Origin: Candidatus Velthaea sp.
Lineage (GTDB): Bacteria; Vulcanimicrobiota; Vulcanimicrobiia; Vulcanimicrobiales; Vulcanimicrobiaceae
Reading direction: 5' to 3'
DNA: 37,731 bases
NCBI GenBank assembly: GCA_050012475.1
Contig: JBEKHC010000046.1
Location: 1 to 37,731, forward strand
A program made the translations under genes and the position numbers. Shown one piece after another: positions 1 through 8,927 of the stretch. Below the pieces are notes generated by a model that searched no databases, had not been told where the DNA came from, and worked only from the letters and a program-made list of their open reading frames with translations. Position 1 is the first letter of the stretch. Each line of letters opens with the position of its first letter.

Positions 1-870
1 AATCGACGGCACCCCGATCGCGGCTAGTTCGATGAGCTTCGTGCCCGGGATCGAAAGGGCCAGCCGCGCGGCAACGGCGCTGCGCATCGTTGCCTGGACG
101 ACGGTGAAGCGGTACTCGCCGGTTCGAATCGCCGTACCGTTATCGGTCAGCTCGGCTTTGCGGCCGTAGGCCCGCGGATCGCCGCCGGCGCGCAGCGCCG
201 CGTCCAGCTCGCCGTCGGTGGTGAATGGCGACCGGCCGAAGGCGATCGGTACGTCGCCCAGGCGGCGCCGCAGCGCAACGGCGACCGCGACGAAGAACGG
301 ATACAGGTTCGCGACCTCGTGCTTGCGCGACCCCGGGAGCAGGATGATGCCGTCGCGCGCCGCCTCGCTGACCGGGTCGCCGTAGGCGCCCGACGATTCC
401 GCCAAAGCACCATCGATCGCCAGATTGCCGACCACGCTGATGCGCTCGCCGGGCGTGCCTGATTCCAGCAGTTGGCGCCGGTTGGCTTCATCGACCGCGA
501 ACACCCGCGCGAAGAGCGCCCGATAGGCTTTGCGCGAGAATTTGTAGGTCGTGGCGACGCCGCCCAAGCGTTTGTGCAGGCGGGCGGCGTGCATGAGATC
601 GCCGCCCAGGTATTGCACGCGGTCGGCGCGGAGCGGCAAACCGTCCAGCGGGCGGCCCAACGCGAAGCGCACGTACTCGCCCGGCGCGTAGACGTGCGCG
701 CGTGGAAACAACCGCCGCGCTACGTCGGGTTCACGTCCGGTCGCGTAGTCGTCGGGAACGAAGAACAGCCGGATGTCGGTATCGGGCGCGCGGGCATAGA
801 TCTCGGTCAGCAGCGGGCGAACCCAGCCGGCGAATTCGCCCGGGCCGTTGGCGGTCAGCGCCAGAATCAC
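1..870 (-). CDS. Lipid-A-disaccharide synthase (LpxB)-related glycosyltransferase, 3' end runs off the window
   Basis: Manual translation from GTG at 870 (overlaps the TGA of the upstream gene): MILALTANGPGEFAGWVRPLL...YLGGDL...VVGNL...ILLPGSRKHEV. LLPGSR..EV is LpxB-like, and the gene follows heptose synthesis genes. Not in the ORF track because no stop lies inside the window. Confidence 0.7.
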   Translation of the reverse strand, partial: MILALTANGPGEFAGWVRPLLTEIYARAPDTDIRLFFVPDDYATGREPDVARRLFPRAHVYAPGEYVRFALGRPLDGLPLRADRVQYLGGDLMHAARLHKRLGGVATTYKFSRKAYRALFARVFAVDEANRRQLLESGTPGERISVVGNLAIDGALAESSGAYGDPVSEAARDGIILLPGSRKHEVANLYPFFVAVAVALRRRLGDVPIAFGRSPFTTDGELDAALRAGGDPRAYGRKAELTDNGTAIRTGEYRFTVVQATMRSAVAARLALSIPGTKLIELAAIGVPSI

Positions 871-1376
871 GAGCGCTGCGCACGGCGCACGCGGGCCACG
901 ATGTCGGTCGTGCTTTGGCCGGCTTCGTGCGGCGCGAGGAGAATGCGCCCGCCATGCGACTCGACGACATACCGTTCGGGCAGTTCATCGATCCGGTATT
1001 GGGCGCTCTTGACGTGAATGTCGGGCGCGATGCGATCGAGCAGCACTTCGGGCGTGCGCTCGCCGAAGCCGACGACGACGTCGACGCTGCGCAGCGCCGC
1101 CAACACGGCCGCGCGATCGCCGAAGGGCGAAAACGGCCGTTCGGCTCCCTTGAGGGAACGCACGGATTCATCGCTGTTGAGGCCGACGACGAGCGCGTCG
1201 CCTTGCGCGCGCGCCCACGCCAAGTAGTGCACGTGACCGGCGTGCAGCAAATCGAAGCAGCCGTTGGTGAAGACGACCACGCGGCCGGCGGCGGCTTGCG
1301 CGCCGCGCCACGCGACGGCATCCTCCGCTGCCATGATCGCGCCGGCGAACGCTTCAGGCCCGGCGGCCGACATCAT
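867..1376 (-). CDS. rfaE2: D-glycero-beta-D-manno-heptose 1-phosphate adenylyltransferase (HldE/RfaE domain II)
   Basis: VVFTNGCFDLLHAGHV, LVVGLNSDESVRSLKG.ERP and STTDIV motifs. Start at ATG 1376 or 1373. Confidence 0.92.
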   Translation of the reverse strand: MMSAAGPEAFAGAIMAAEDAVAWRGAQAAAGRVVVFTNGCFDLLHAGHVHYLAWARAQGDALVVGLNSDESVRSLKGAERPFSPFGDRAAVLAALRSVDVVVGFGERTPEVLLDRIAPDIHVKSAQYRIDELPERYVVESHGGRILLAPHEAGQSTTDIVARVRRAQRS

Positions 1377-2349
1377 CTTCCAACAGCGCGATGATCTCTT
1401 GCGGTGAAGCCGTCGCCGTGCCGAGCTTCTCGACCACCGCGCCGGCAGCGAAGTTCGCCAGCTGCATCGCCGTCTCGATCGGCATGCGCGCGGCAAGCGC
1501 CAGCGTCAACACGGCGACGACGGTGTCGCCGGCGCCGCTGACGTCGAACACCGAGCGCGCGACCGACGGAATATCGGCGCGTTCGCCGTCCCGGCCGAAG
1601 AGCGACATCCCCGCTTCGCCGCGGGTGATGATGACGTCGCGGCAGCCCAGGCGATTGAGCAGCGTGCGCCCCGCCAGTTCGAGCGACGCGCTGTCGACGA
1701 TGGCGATGCCGGTGGCACGCGCGGCCTCGGAAACATTGGGCGCGATGCAATTAACGCCCGCGAACATCGCGACGTTCTCCGGTTTGGGATCGGCGATCAC
1801 CAGCGGACACGCCAGCGCCGCTTCGACGATCTCGCGCGAAAGGAAGCCTTTGCCGTAATCGCTGAGCACGACCGCGTCGGCGTCGCCGACCACCTCGGCG
1901 ACGCGCGCAACCGCCGCGGCGCGATCGGTCGCACCCAGCGGGGCGGTCGACTCCCAGTCGGCGCGCACGACTTGCTGATTGTGGGCGACGATGCGCGTCT
2001 TGCGCGTCGTCGGCCGATCGGTCACCGAAATGATGCCGCGCGTGTCGACCGCGATCTCTTCGAGCAGCGCGCGGGCGCGCCGGCCCTCGGCATCTTCACC
2101 CACCGCTCCGACGAAGGCCACCGTTGCGCCCAGCGCGCGCAGATTGTTCGCGACGGTACCGGCGCCGACCAGCGTGAACGAATGGTCGTTGACGCTCACC
2201 ACGGGGACCGGCGCCTCGGGGGAGATCCGGGTGACCTTGCCCCAGATCCACTCGTCGATCATGATGTCGCCGATCACGACCACCCGGCGGCCCGCCATGC
2301 GGGCCAGCCATTCACCCGCGGTCGGAGCCGCGATAGAGTCAAGTCCCAC
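1354..2349 (-). CDS. rfaE1: D-glycero-beta-D-manno-heptose 7-phosphate kinase (HldE/RfaE domain I, PfkB family)
   Basis: VIGDIMIDEWIWGKVTRISPEAPVPVV, LSDYGKG, ADPK and VFDVSGAGDTV motifs. GTG at 2349 overlaps the gmhB end (alternative ATG at 2298). Confidence 0.92.
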   Translation of the reverse strand: MGLDSIAAPTAGEWLARMAGRRVVVIGDIMIDEWIWGKVTRISPEAPVPVVSVNDHSFTLVGAGTVANNLRALGATVAFVGAVGEDAEGRRARALLEEIAVDTRGIISVTDRPTTRKTRIVAHNQQVVRADWESTAPLGATDRAAAVARVAEVVGDADAVVLSDYGKGFLSREIVEAALACPLVIADPKPENVAMFAGVNCIAPNVSEAARATGIAIVDSASLELAGRTLLNRLGCRDVIITRGEAGMSLFGRDGERADIPSVARSVFDVSGAGDTVVAVLTLALAARMPIETAMQLANFAAGAVVEKLGTATASPQEIIALLEDDVGRRA

Positions 2350-2887
2350 GGCGCACGATCCACAGCGCGGCTTCCAGCAGCGTCTCGGCCCGGAAGTCGG
2401 GCTCGGGGCCGTCATAGGGAATCGGCCCGGGAACGAGCACGCCGGGAATCCCCAAGCGCTGGCCGAGCGCGATGTCGCTGCCGCGGTCGCCGATCACCAC
2501 GCTGCGTTCGATATCAATCCCGTGATCGTGCGCGGCACGCAGAATCATCCCCGGTTCGGGCTTGCGGCAGTCGCAGCCCGCGCCGAAATGCGGACAAAAA
2601 TAAAACGCGTCGATCTTCACGTCGTCCGGCTGCAGCTGAGCCGTCACTTCGGCATTGATGTCGTGCACGACCGTCTCGTCGAAATAGCCGCGGGCCACGC
2701 CGGATTGATTGCTGATGACGACGCACGCGTAGCCAGCGTCGGCAAAGGTGCGCAACGCTTCGACCACGGTGGGCAGCACCCGCACGTCCTTACGCGCGCT
2801 GACGAATCCGACGTCATCGATCAGCGTGCCGTCGCGGTCGAGAAACACCGCGGGCTTGCCGCGCCCGTTACGCACTCGTTCGCTCAC
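2339..2887 (-). CDS. gmhB: D-glycero-D-manno-heptose 1,7-bisphosphate phosphatase (HAD family)
   Basis: FLDRDGTL, SNQSGVARG, CPH...CDCRKPEPGM and IGDRGSD motifs. Confidence 0.93.
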   Translation of the reverse strand: MSERVRNGRGKPAVFLDRDGTLIDDVGFVSARKDVRVLPTVVEALRTFADAGYACVVISNQSGVARGYFDETVVHDINAEVTAQLQPDDVKIDAFYFCPHFGAGCDCRKPEPGMILRAAHDHGIDIERSVVIGDRGSDIALGQRLGIPGVLVPGPIPYDGPEPDFRAETLLEAALWIVRRGT

Positions 2888-3534
2888 GATTGGAAGATCA
2901 GCGCTTGTTCGACGAGATCGCAGATGATGTGGCCCAGCGTGATGTGCACTTCCTGAATGATGGCCGAATAGCCGTCGGGGCCGACGAGCGATAAGTCGGC
3001 AATCTGCGCGACCTTCCCGCCGCCGTTGCCGGTGAACGCAATGGTGACGGCGCCTCGCCGTTTGGCTTCTTCGAGCGCCAGCACGATGTTGCGCGACGAG
3101 CCGCTGGTGGTGATGCCGACGACGACGTCGCCGGCATCGGCGAACGATTCCATTTGGCGCTCGAAGACGTGTTCGAAACCGAAATCATTCGCGATCGCGG
3201 TGAGCGCCGACGTGTTGACCGAGAGCGATTCGGAGTGCAGGCCGTGCCGCTCGCGCAGAAAGCGTCCGCTGAACTCGGCCGCCAAATGCTGGGCGTCGGC
3301 CGCGCTGCCGCCGTTGCCGAACCACAGCACTTTGCGGCCGCTGCGAAAAGCCTCGACCATCGCAGCGACGATCGCCGCGACCTGCCCGGCATAGCGCGGC
3401 TCGTCGAGCAATCCACGCCGGTCGGCCAGCAATTCCGCGAAGCCGCGCTGACCGCGAACGTTGCGTGGATTCGACGGCGTCGAATCTTTCGCGTTCGGCC
3501 CTTGGCCGAGCCGCCCGTCGTCCGAGCCGGGCAC
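2884..3534 (-). CDS. gmhA: Phosphoheptose (sedoheptulose-7-phosphate) isomerase, SIS domain
   Basis: GNGGSAADAQHLAAEF, LTAIANDFGF..VF.RQ, TTSGSS.N and IQEVHI...HIIC motifs. Start uncertain (GTG 3534 or TTG 3564). Confidence 0.92.
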   Translation of the reverse strand: MPGSDDGRLGQGPNAKDSTPSNPRNVRGQRGFAELLADRRGLLDEPRYAGQVAAIVAAMVEAFRSGRKVLWFGNGGSAADAQHLAAEFSGRFLRERHGLHSESLSVNTSALTAIANDFGFEHVFERQMESFADAGDVVVGITTSGSSRNIVLALEEAKRRGAVTIAFTGNGGGKVAQIADLSLVGPDGYSAIIQEVHITLGHIICDLVEQALIFQS

Positions 3535-3548
3535 CGCCCGACTCGTTC

Positions 3549-4004
3549 CTAGGGTTCGATCCAAAAGAGTTCCTCGTTGAGCCGGACCAGTTCGCCGTTC
3601 TCCGGCAGAATGCGCGTGACGATTCCGGCGAAATCGCTGGTGATTTCGTTCATCAATTTCATCGCTTCGAGAATGCACAGCGCCTGACCGACCGCGACCC
3701 GGTCGCCGACCGAGACGAACGGTTCGGCACCCGGCGTAGCCGAACGATAGAATACCCCGACGACCGGAGCGGTGATTTTGAGCGCGTGCGACGGCACACC
3801 GGCCGCGGCGGCGAGCGCCGGCACACCGTTGACCGCCGCGGACGTGCCCGGCGGCAACACGTAAGCAGCCGGCAAACTGCTTTGCTCTTCGCGGCGCACC
3901 AATTCGTACTCGGCGTCGCCGCTGCGAACGCGCAGCACGTCGAGATCGAATTCGGCCAGAATCTCCGCGAACGCGCGCAGGCGCGACGCTTCGTTATCTT
4001 CCAT
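3549..4004 (-). CDS. accB: Acetyl-CoA carboxylase biotin carboxyl carrier protein
   Basis: APVVGVFYRS..PGAEPFV and the EAMKLMNEI biotinylation motif. Confidence 0.93.
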   Translation of the reverse strand: MEDNEASRLRAFAEILAEFDLDVLRVRSGDAEYELVRREEQSSLPAAYVLPPGTSAAVNGVPALAAAAGVPSHALKITAPVVGVFYRSATPGAEPFVSVGDRVAVGQALCILEAMKLMNEITSDFAGIVTRILPENGELVRLNEELFWIEP

Positions 4005-5279
4005 CTAACCGGTGGCTTCGACCAAAGCGCGCGCCGTATCTGCCGCCGCTGCGGCGGTCGGAATTCGGCGATCCTCGCGCGTCTGGAGATCGCGCAGGAC
4101 GACCTGGCCCGCCGCAAGCTCCTCGTCGCCCATGATCAGGGCGTACCGGGCGCCGTTGCGGTCAGCGGTTTTGAAGTGCGCGGTGAGCTTGCGATCGGCG
4201 AAGTCCATGAACGCGGGAATGCCGCTCAACGAGCGCAGCGCGGCCACGATCGGCACGAGCCGCCCGCGCGAGGCCGAACCGAGCGCAATCGCTTGGAAGC
4301 CGCGCCGCGCCGGGCGCTCGTCGCCGCGCGTCGCCTTGACCACCATGAGGAAGCGCTCGAGCCCCAGGCCAAAGCCGACCGCCGGCGTCGGCGGACCGCC
4401 CAGCGACTCGAAAAGTCCGTCGTAACGCCCGCCCCCGCACAGCGCGCTCTGCGAACCCAGCGCGCTCGAACTGATCTCGAAGACGGTCCGCGTGTAGTAA
4501 TCGAAGCCGCGCACCAAGCGCGGATCGACCACGTAGGGCAGCCCGATCGCGTCGAGATAGCCGCGAACCGCAGCAAAGTGCTCCGCGCAAGCGGCGCACA
4601 AGGTCTCGAGAAAGACCGGCGCCGTGGCGATGAAGGGGGCGTCTTCGGCGGCCTTCGAATCGAGGATGCGCAGCGGGTTGCGTTCCAGACGGCGGCGCGA
4701 GTCCGCCGACAGCGCGTTGCGATGCGGCGTAAAATGTTCGAGCAGCGCGTCACGGTAGGCGGGGCGGCAGACCGCGTCGCCGATCGTGTTGAGCTTGAGT
4801 TGTGCGTCGGCGATCCCGTAGCGGCCGACGAGCGTGACGGCGATCTGCATCACCTCGACGTCGGCTTCCGGTCCGGCGAAACCCAAACATTCGACGCCGA
4901 ACTGATTGGCTTGCCGATAGCGGCCCTTTTGCGGGCGCTCGTAGCGAAAAAACGGCCCGATGTAAAACAAACGCAGCGCGCCGGGCGCGAGCAGCTTGTG
5001 CTCGAGCACCGCGCGCACGACCGGCGCCGTCCATTCCGGACGCAGCGTCATACTTCGGCCGCCCTTATCGAGAAACGTATACATTTCTTTCTCGACGATG
5101 TCGGTCGTTTCGCCCACGCCGCGCACGAACAGTTCGGTCGCCTCGAACATCGGTGTGCGGATCTCGCCGTAGCCGAAGCGTCCGCTGATGTCGCGCGCAT
5201 GCGCTTCGAGTTCGTTCCACGCGGCCGACTCCGGCGGAAAGATATCGTTGGTTCCGCGCGGCGCGCTGATCGGGTCCAT
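4005..5279 (-). CDS. hisS: Histidine--tRNA ligase
   Basis: APRGTND, GETTDIVEKEMYTF, FRYERPQKGRYRQ, LVRGFDYYT and GGGRYD motifs. Real start is ATG 5279. Confidence 0.97.
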   Translation of the reverse strand: MDPISAPRGTNDIFPPESAAWNELEAHARDISGRFGYGEIRTPMFEATELFVRGVGETTDIVEKEMYTFLDKGGRSMTLRPEWTAPVVRAVLEHKLLAPGALRLFYIGPFFRYERPQKGRYRQANQFGVECLGFAGPEADVEVMQIAVTLVGRYGIADAQLKLNTIGDAVCRPAYRDALLEHFTPHRNALSADSRRRLERNPLRILDSKAAEDAPFIATAPVFLETLCAACAEHFAAVRGYLDAIGLPYVVDPRLVRGFDYYTRTVFEISSSALGSQSALCGGGRYDGLFESLGGPPTPAVGFGLGLERFLMVVKATRGDERPARRGFQAIALGSASRGRLVPIVAALRSLSGIPAFMDFADRKLTAHFKTADRNGARYALIMGDEELAAGQVVLRDLQTREDRRIPTAAAAADTARALVEATG

Positions 5280-5405
5280 CACCCGGCGTGTACCACGGAT
5301 GAAACGGCCCGCCCTCGCCGCCGCTGCACCCGGCCCCGCCGGCCGGGCGGCGGCGCGGAGCGAAAGGCGACCGGACGTGTCCGGCGTGGGTACGAATGCT
5401 CCACC

Positions 5406-6353
5406 ATGACGACCGTGAAACCACAATTCCCCGCTGAAGCGTCCGGAGACGGCAGTTTCGTCCGGCAGGAGGACGCCTTTCGTGATTGGGTGACGGCCGA
5501 CGGCCGTTCGGGCTATCCGGCGGAAGCCGGCCGCTATCACCTCTATGTGTCGCTGGCCTGTCCGTGGGCGCATCGCACGATCATCGTGCGCCGTCTCAAG
5601 GGGCTCGAAGCGGTGATCGGGATGACCGTCGTCGATCCGATCCGCGACGAACGCGGCTGGGCGTTTCGCGACGTGCCCGGCGCGCAGCTCGATGGCGTCA
5701 ATGGTTTCGCGTTCTTGAGCGAAGCCTACACTGCCAGCAGCCCGAGCTATCACAACCGCGTCACCGTTCCGGTGCTGTGGGACCGGCAAACCAAACGCAT
5801 CGTCTCGAACTCCGACGACGACATCATGCGGATGTTCGAAACGGAATTCGATGCGTTCGGCGACGCGTCGCTCGATCTCTATCCGCGCGAACTCTGGGCC
5901 GAGATCGACGCGCTCAACGAACGCCTTTACCGCACGGTGAACAACGGCGTGTATCGCGCCGGATTCGCCGTCGCGCAAGGCGCTTACGAGCGGGCAGCTC
6001 GTAGCGTGTTCGCGACGCTCGACGAGCTCGAAGAGCGGCTCGCGACGCGGCGCTATCTGTTTGGCGCGCGGCCGCTCGAAACCGATTGGCGCTTGTTCGT
6101 GACGCTGATCCGCTTCGACGCGGTGTACCACGGACATTTCAAGTGCAACATCCGGCGCATCATCGACTATCCGAATCTATGGGGGTACCTGCGCGATCTC
6201 TACCAGATCGACGGCATCGCGCCCACCGTCAACTTCGATCATATCAAGCGCCACTATTACGTCACCCAAGACGAAATCAATCCGACGAAAATCGTACCGA
6301 TCGGCCCGCTCCAAGACCTGAGCAGCAGTCACGGGCGCGAGCGGCTTGCGTAA
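5406..6353 (+). CDS. Glutathionyl-hydroquinone reductase / omega-like glutathione S-transferase (YqjG/ECM4 family)
   Basis: GRYHLYVSLACPWAHR, TVPVLWD, NNGVYRAGFA, RFDAVYHGHFKCN and HIKRHYY motifs. ATG at 5406. Confidence 0.93.
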   Translation: MTTVKPQFPAEASGDGSFVRQEDAFRDWVTADGRSGYPAEAGRYHLYVSLACPWAHRTIIVRRLKGLEAVIGMTVVDPIRDERGWAFRDVPGAQLDGVNGFAFLSEAYTASSPSYHNRVTVPVLWDRQTKRIVSNSDDDIMRMFETEFDAFGDASLDLYPRELWAEIDALNERLYRTVNNGVYRAGFAVAQGAYERAARSVFATLDELEERLATRRYLFGARPLETDWRLFVTLIRFDAVYHGHFKCNIRRIIDYPNLWGYLRDLYQIDGIAPTVNFDHIKRHYYVTQDEINPTKIVPIGPLQDLSSSHGRERLA

Positions 6354-6443
6354 GACCGACGCGCTCGCCAGATGGCGGCATGATCCCGGCGCCTACGCGC
6401 GAAGCGGGAAGAGAGCTGCTCGAAACTGCTAAAGAATGGACCC

Positions 6444-6881
6444 ATGGAGCTTTCCAGCAAATCTGAAGTCCTTGCGTACATGCGCCAGGCACGCTACGCC
6501 GTCGTTGCGACGATCGGCGCGGACGGGCGGCCCGAATCGGCATTGATGGGCATCGCGACGACGGACGAACTCGAAGTCGTCTTCGATACGCTCTCGACCT
6601 CGCGCAAGCACGCCAACCTGCTGCGCGACAATCGCATCGCGATTACGTTCAGCGGTCCCGACGAACAAACGCTGCAGCTGGAAGGCGTGGCAATTCCGGT
6701 GTCGGTGGCCGGATCGGCCGACTACGCGTACCGCGAGACGTACTACAGCGTTTGGCCGGCGGGTCGCGAGCGCACGTCGACGCCGCAACTCGCGTATTGG
6801 CGCATCGCCCCCCGCTGGGCGCGCTATTCCGATTACGCGCGCGGACCGCTGGTCGTCGAGTTCAATTGGACGGAACCGTAA
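6444..6881 (+). CDS. Pyridoxamine 5'-phosphate oxidase-like (split-barrel flavin-binding) protein
   Basis: AVVATIGADGRP...T..SRKHANLLRDNRIAI...LQLEGVA pattern. Confidence 0.8.
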   Translation: MELSSKSEVLAYMRQARYAVVATIGADGRPESALMGIATTDELEVVFDTLSTSRKHANLLRDNRIAITFSGPDEQTLQLEGVAIPVSVAGSADYAYRETYYSVWPAGRERTSTPQLAYWRIAPRWARYSDYARGPLVVEFNWTEP

Positions 6882-6945
6882 ACGCCGGCCGCCTCGACTC
6901 CAAGCCGGCGGCCGCTTCGCCGCCGAGCGATGGCGAGCGGGCCGT

Positions 6946-7347
6946 TTAGACGATCGGGCCCGACCGCTTCTCGAGCAACTCGACCGGGATCCCGTTGGGA
7001 TCTTCGATGAATGCGATCGCGCGCGAGCCGCCCGGCGATTTCTTCGGCTCGCGGGTGATCTTGACGCCTTTGGCACGAATTTTATCGATATACGCCGGGA
7101 GATCGGCATCGTCGATCTCGATCGCGAGATGTTCGTAGCGATTCCCCAGGCCGTACGGATCGTGCTCTTCGAGATCGTACACGAGCTCGATATACGAGTT
7201 CCAATCCTCGCCGACGAACGCCATGTCGGCATTGCCGGGATAGTGATGCGGACCGTCCAGCAGCTTGAGCCCCAGCTTATCGGTGTAGAAGCCGATCGAC
7301 TCGGCCATGTTGTTGACGAAGATCGACGTATGCAGATAGCGCGGCAT
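6946..7347 (-). CDS. VOC family protein, lactoylglutathione lyase (glyoxalase I)-like
   Basis: YLHTSIFV...FYTDKLG, IELVYD..Y.LGN.YEHLAI and AFIEDPNGIPVEL motifs. ATG at 7347. Confidence 0.85.
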   Translation of the reverse strand: MPRYLHTSIFVNNMAESIGFYTDKLGLKLLDGPHHYPGNADMAFVGEDWNSYIELVYDLEEHDPYGLGNRYEHLAIEIDDADLPAYIDKIRAKGVKITREPKKSPGGSRAIAFIEDPNGIPVELLEKRSGPIV

Positions 7348-7354
7348 GCGGCAG

Positions 7355-7363
7355 ACGGTACCA
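7355..7363 (-). promoter_or_regulatory. Extended -10 element (TGG-TACCGT) for a likely leaderless VOC transcript
   Basis: Minus strand reads TGGTACCGT, then 7 nt, then the ATG at 7347. No SD sequence. Confidence 0.5.
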
Positions 7364-7460
7364 CGCGGCGCAGCGCCGTTCCCGTCGGCACGGGGCGCGC
7401 CGAAACGGTTTTTCACGCCCGTTTCACCGCCTCACATGCCGGCGGGAGTCCGCTCACCGT

Positions 7461-8396
7461 TCAAGCCGGCGCCAGAACGCCGGGCCGGGCTGCGGCGGCG
7501 GCATGCGATCGAAGCGCGCTGCCGGCATGCTCGACGAACGTCGTCAAAGCAGGCGTGAGCCACTTGTCGTCGCGATAGGCGAGTTGCGTCGCAAGCGTCC
7601 CGCGCAGCGTTACCGGCAGGGTCGCGTAACGGCCCTCGGCCAGTTCCCGCTCGAGCGTGAAACGCGGCAGCAACGCGATCCCGATCCCGGCCGCGACGCA
7701 TTGCTTGACCGCCTCGATCGAATTGAACTCCGAGACCACGGATTGCCGGCGACCGGCCCGGCCCAAAAAGGCCTCGAACAACAGCCGGTAGCTGCAGGTC
7801 GGTTCAAGGACCAGAATCGTCTCGCGCGCCAGATCTCCCGGGCGCACGGTGCGTTTGCCTTCGAGCCGGTGGCCGCGCGGTGCGATGAGCACGAGGTCTT
7901 CCGCGCCGAAGTCGTGCGTGCGCAGCCCCGCGTAAGCGCGCCGTGCGTCGATGAAGAGGCCGATGTCGTAACGGCCGGCGAGCACGCCGTTGCGGACCAG
8001 CCCGCATTCGGACACTTCCACGATCACGTTGATGCGCGGATGCCGCGCGCGCAGCGCCTGCACGATCGGCGGCAGCCGATAGGTGCACAGCGACTCGGCG
8101 GTTCCGATGTGCAGGGTCTCGCTGCGGTCGGCGGCCGGATCCTCGCGCAGCGCGGCGACGGCTTCGTCGGACAGATCCATGATGCGCGCCGCGTAGCGCT
8201 CGAACGTCTCGCCGGCGGCCGTCAACTCGACGCGCCGGCCGATCCGCCGAAACAGCGGCTGCCCCAGCTGCTCCTCCAAAGCCCTGATCTGGGTCGTGAC
8301 CGCCGATTGCGCGTAATTGAGCCGCTCGGCAGCCTGGGTGAAGTTCAGCGTCCGTGCCGCTTCGCGAAACGTCCGTACGCTCTTGAGGTCGAGCAC
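7461..8396 (-). CDS. LysR-family transcriptional regulator
   Basis: N-terminal HTH LNFTQAAERLNYAQSAVTTQIRALEEQLGQPLF.R..RRVELTAAG plus a substrate-binding domain. Confidence 0.95.
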   Translation of the reverse strand: MLDLKSVRTFREAARTLNFTQAAERLNYAQSAVTTQIRALEEQLGQPLFRRIGRRVELTAAGETFERYAARIMDLSDEAVAALREDPAADRSETLHIGTAESLCTYRLPPIVQALRARHPRINVIVEVSECGLVRNGVLAGRYDIGLFIDARRAYAGLRTHDFGAEDLVLIAPRGHRLEGKRTVRPGDLARETILVLEPTCSYRLLFEAFLGRAGRRQSVVSEFNSIEAVKQCVAAGIGIALLPRFTLERELAEGRYATLPVTLRGTLATQLAYRDDKWLTPALTTFVEHAGSALRSHAAAAARPGVLAPA

Positions 8397-8412
8397 CTTG
8401 CCGCCGCCTTCG

Positions 8413-8427
8413 ATCTGAAATTCCGAT
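8413..8427. promoter_or_regulatory. Putative LysR recognition box (ATC-N9-GAT, T-N11-A)
   Basis: ATCTGAAATTCCGAT lies in the divergent intergenic region, centred ~65 nt upstream of ATG 8485, the canonical LTTR site position. Confidence 0.55.
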
Positions 8428-8471
8428 TGATACGATCGAAGAATTCTTTCTCACCGATGGATCGGCGACCC

Positions 8472-8477
8472 TATGAT
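8472..8477 (+). promoter_or_regulatory. -10 element TATGAT for a leaderless small ORF
   Basis: TATGAT, then 7 nt, then ATG at 8485. Confidence 0.55.
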
Positions 8478-8484
8478 AGGGCCC

Positions 8485-8742
8485 ATGGAACTCCTGATTG
8501 CGATCTTGCTCCTGGCCGCGCTCGGCGCCGCCTCCGCGCGCTGGGGTACCGACTCCCGAGACTACCTGGCGGCGAAATCAGCCTGGCCCTTCCGTCGCCG
8601 GCACCGCGCGACCGCTTCCGGCGCGACGCCCACCGTCCGTCAGCCGGACGCGGCGAGGCGGGCGAAGGCGAACGGCGCCGTCAACGCTGCCCCCGCGATG
8701 AAGAGCGCGATGAAAACGGCAACGTTGCGTAACGCGCCGTAG
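8485..8742 (+). CDS. Small single-TM membrane protein (RWGxDSR motif), divergent from LysR
   Basis: MELLIAILLLAALGAASARWGTDSRDY... has a hydrophobic N-terminus and promoter geometry that supports the start. The C-terminal part overlaps the convergent gene. Confidence 0.6.
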   Translation: MELLIAILLLAALGAASARWGTDSRDYLAAKSAWPFRRRHRATASGATPTVRQPDAARRAKANGAVNAAPAMKSAMKTATLRNAP

Positions 8743-8927
8743 CCGAAGATCGCCAACGCAAACGGTGCCACCGTCGCCGTTACCGCGGCATAATCGTGCA
8801 AAGGTTGGAGCGCGTCGACTTGATCGAGCGCTCCGCGCAGCCAAAAATAGTCCGCGATGCGCACCGGGATGCCGATCAGCAGCGCGTAGCCGACGAGGCG
8901 CACGACAAAAGCGATGAGGGCGCCCAT
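8640..8927 (-). CDS. Hypothetical membrane protein (95 aa)
   Basis: ATG overlaps the purH stop (TGATG coupling). MGALIAFVVRLVGYALLIGIPV... contains about three hydrophobic segments. Confidence 0.7.
   Translation of the reverse strand: MGALIAFVVRLVGYALLIGIPVRIADYFWLRGALDQVDALQPLHDYAAVTATVAPFALAIFGYGALRNVAVFIALFIAGAALTAPFAFARLAASG

Noticed and set aside
3465..5405. 962-aa plus-strand ORF suggesting a large N-terminal fusion to the GST
   Set aside because: The upstream part is the antisense shadow of hisS/accB. The GST family sequence starts at ATG 5406.
5280..6137. Long N-terminal extension of HisS (710-aa ORF)
   Set aside because: Antisense shadow of the GST gene. HisS homology starts at 5279.
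6885..6945. GC-rich imperfect hairpin between convergent genes
   Set aside because: Plausible terminator, but the stem is imperfect with no clear U-tract. Too weak to call.
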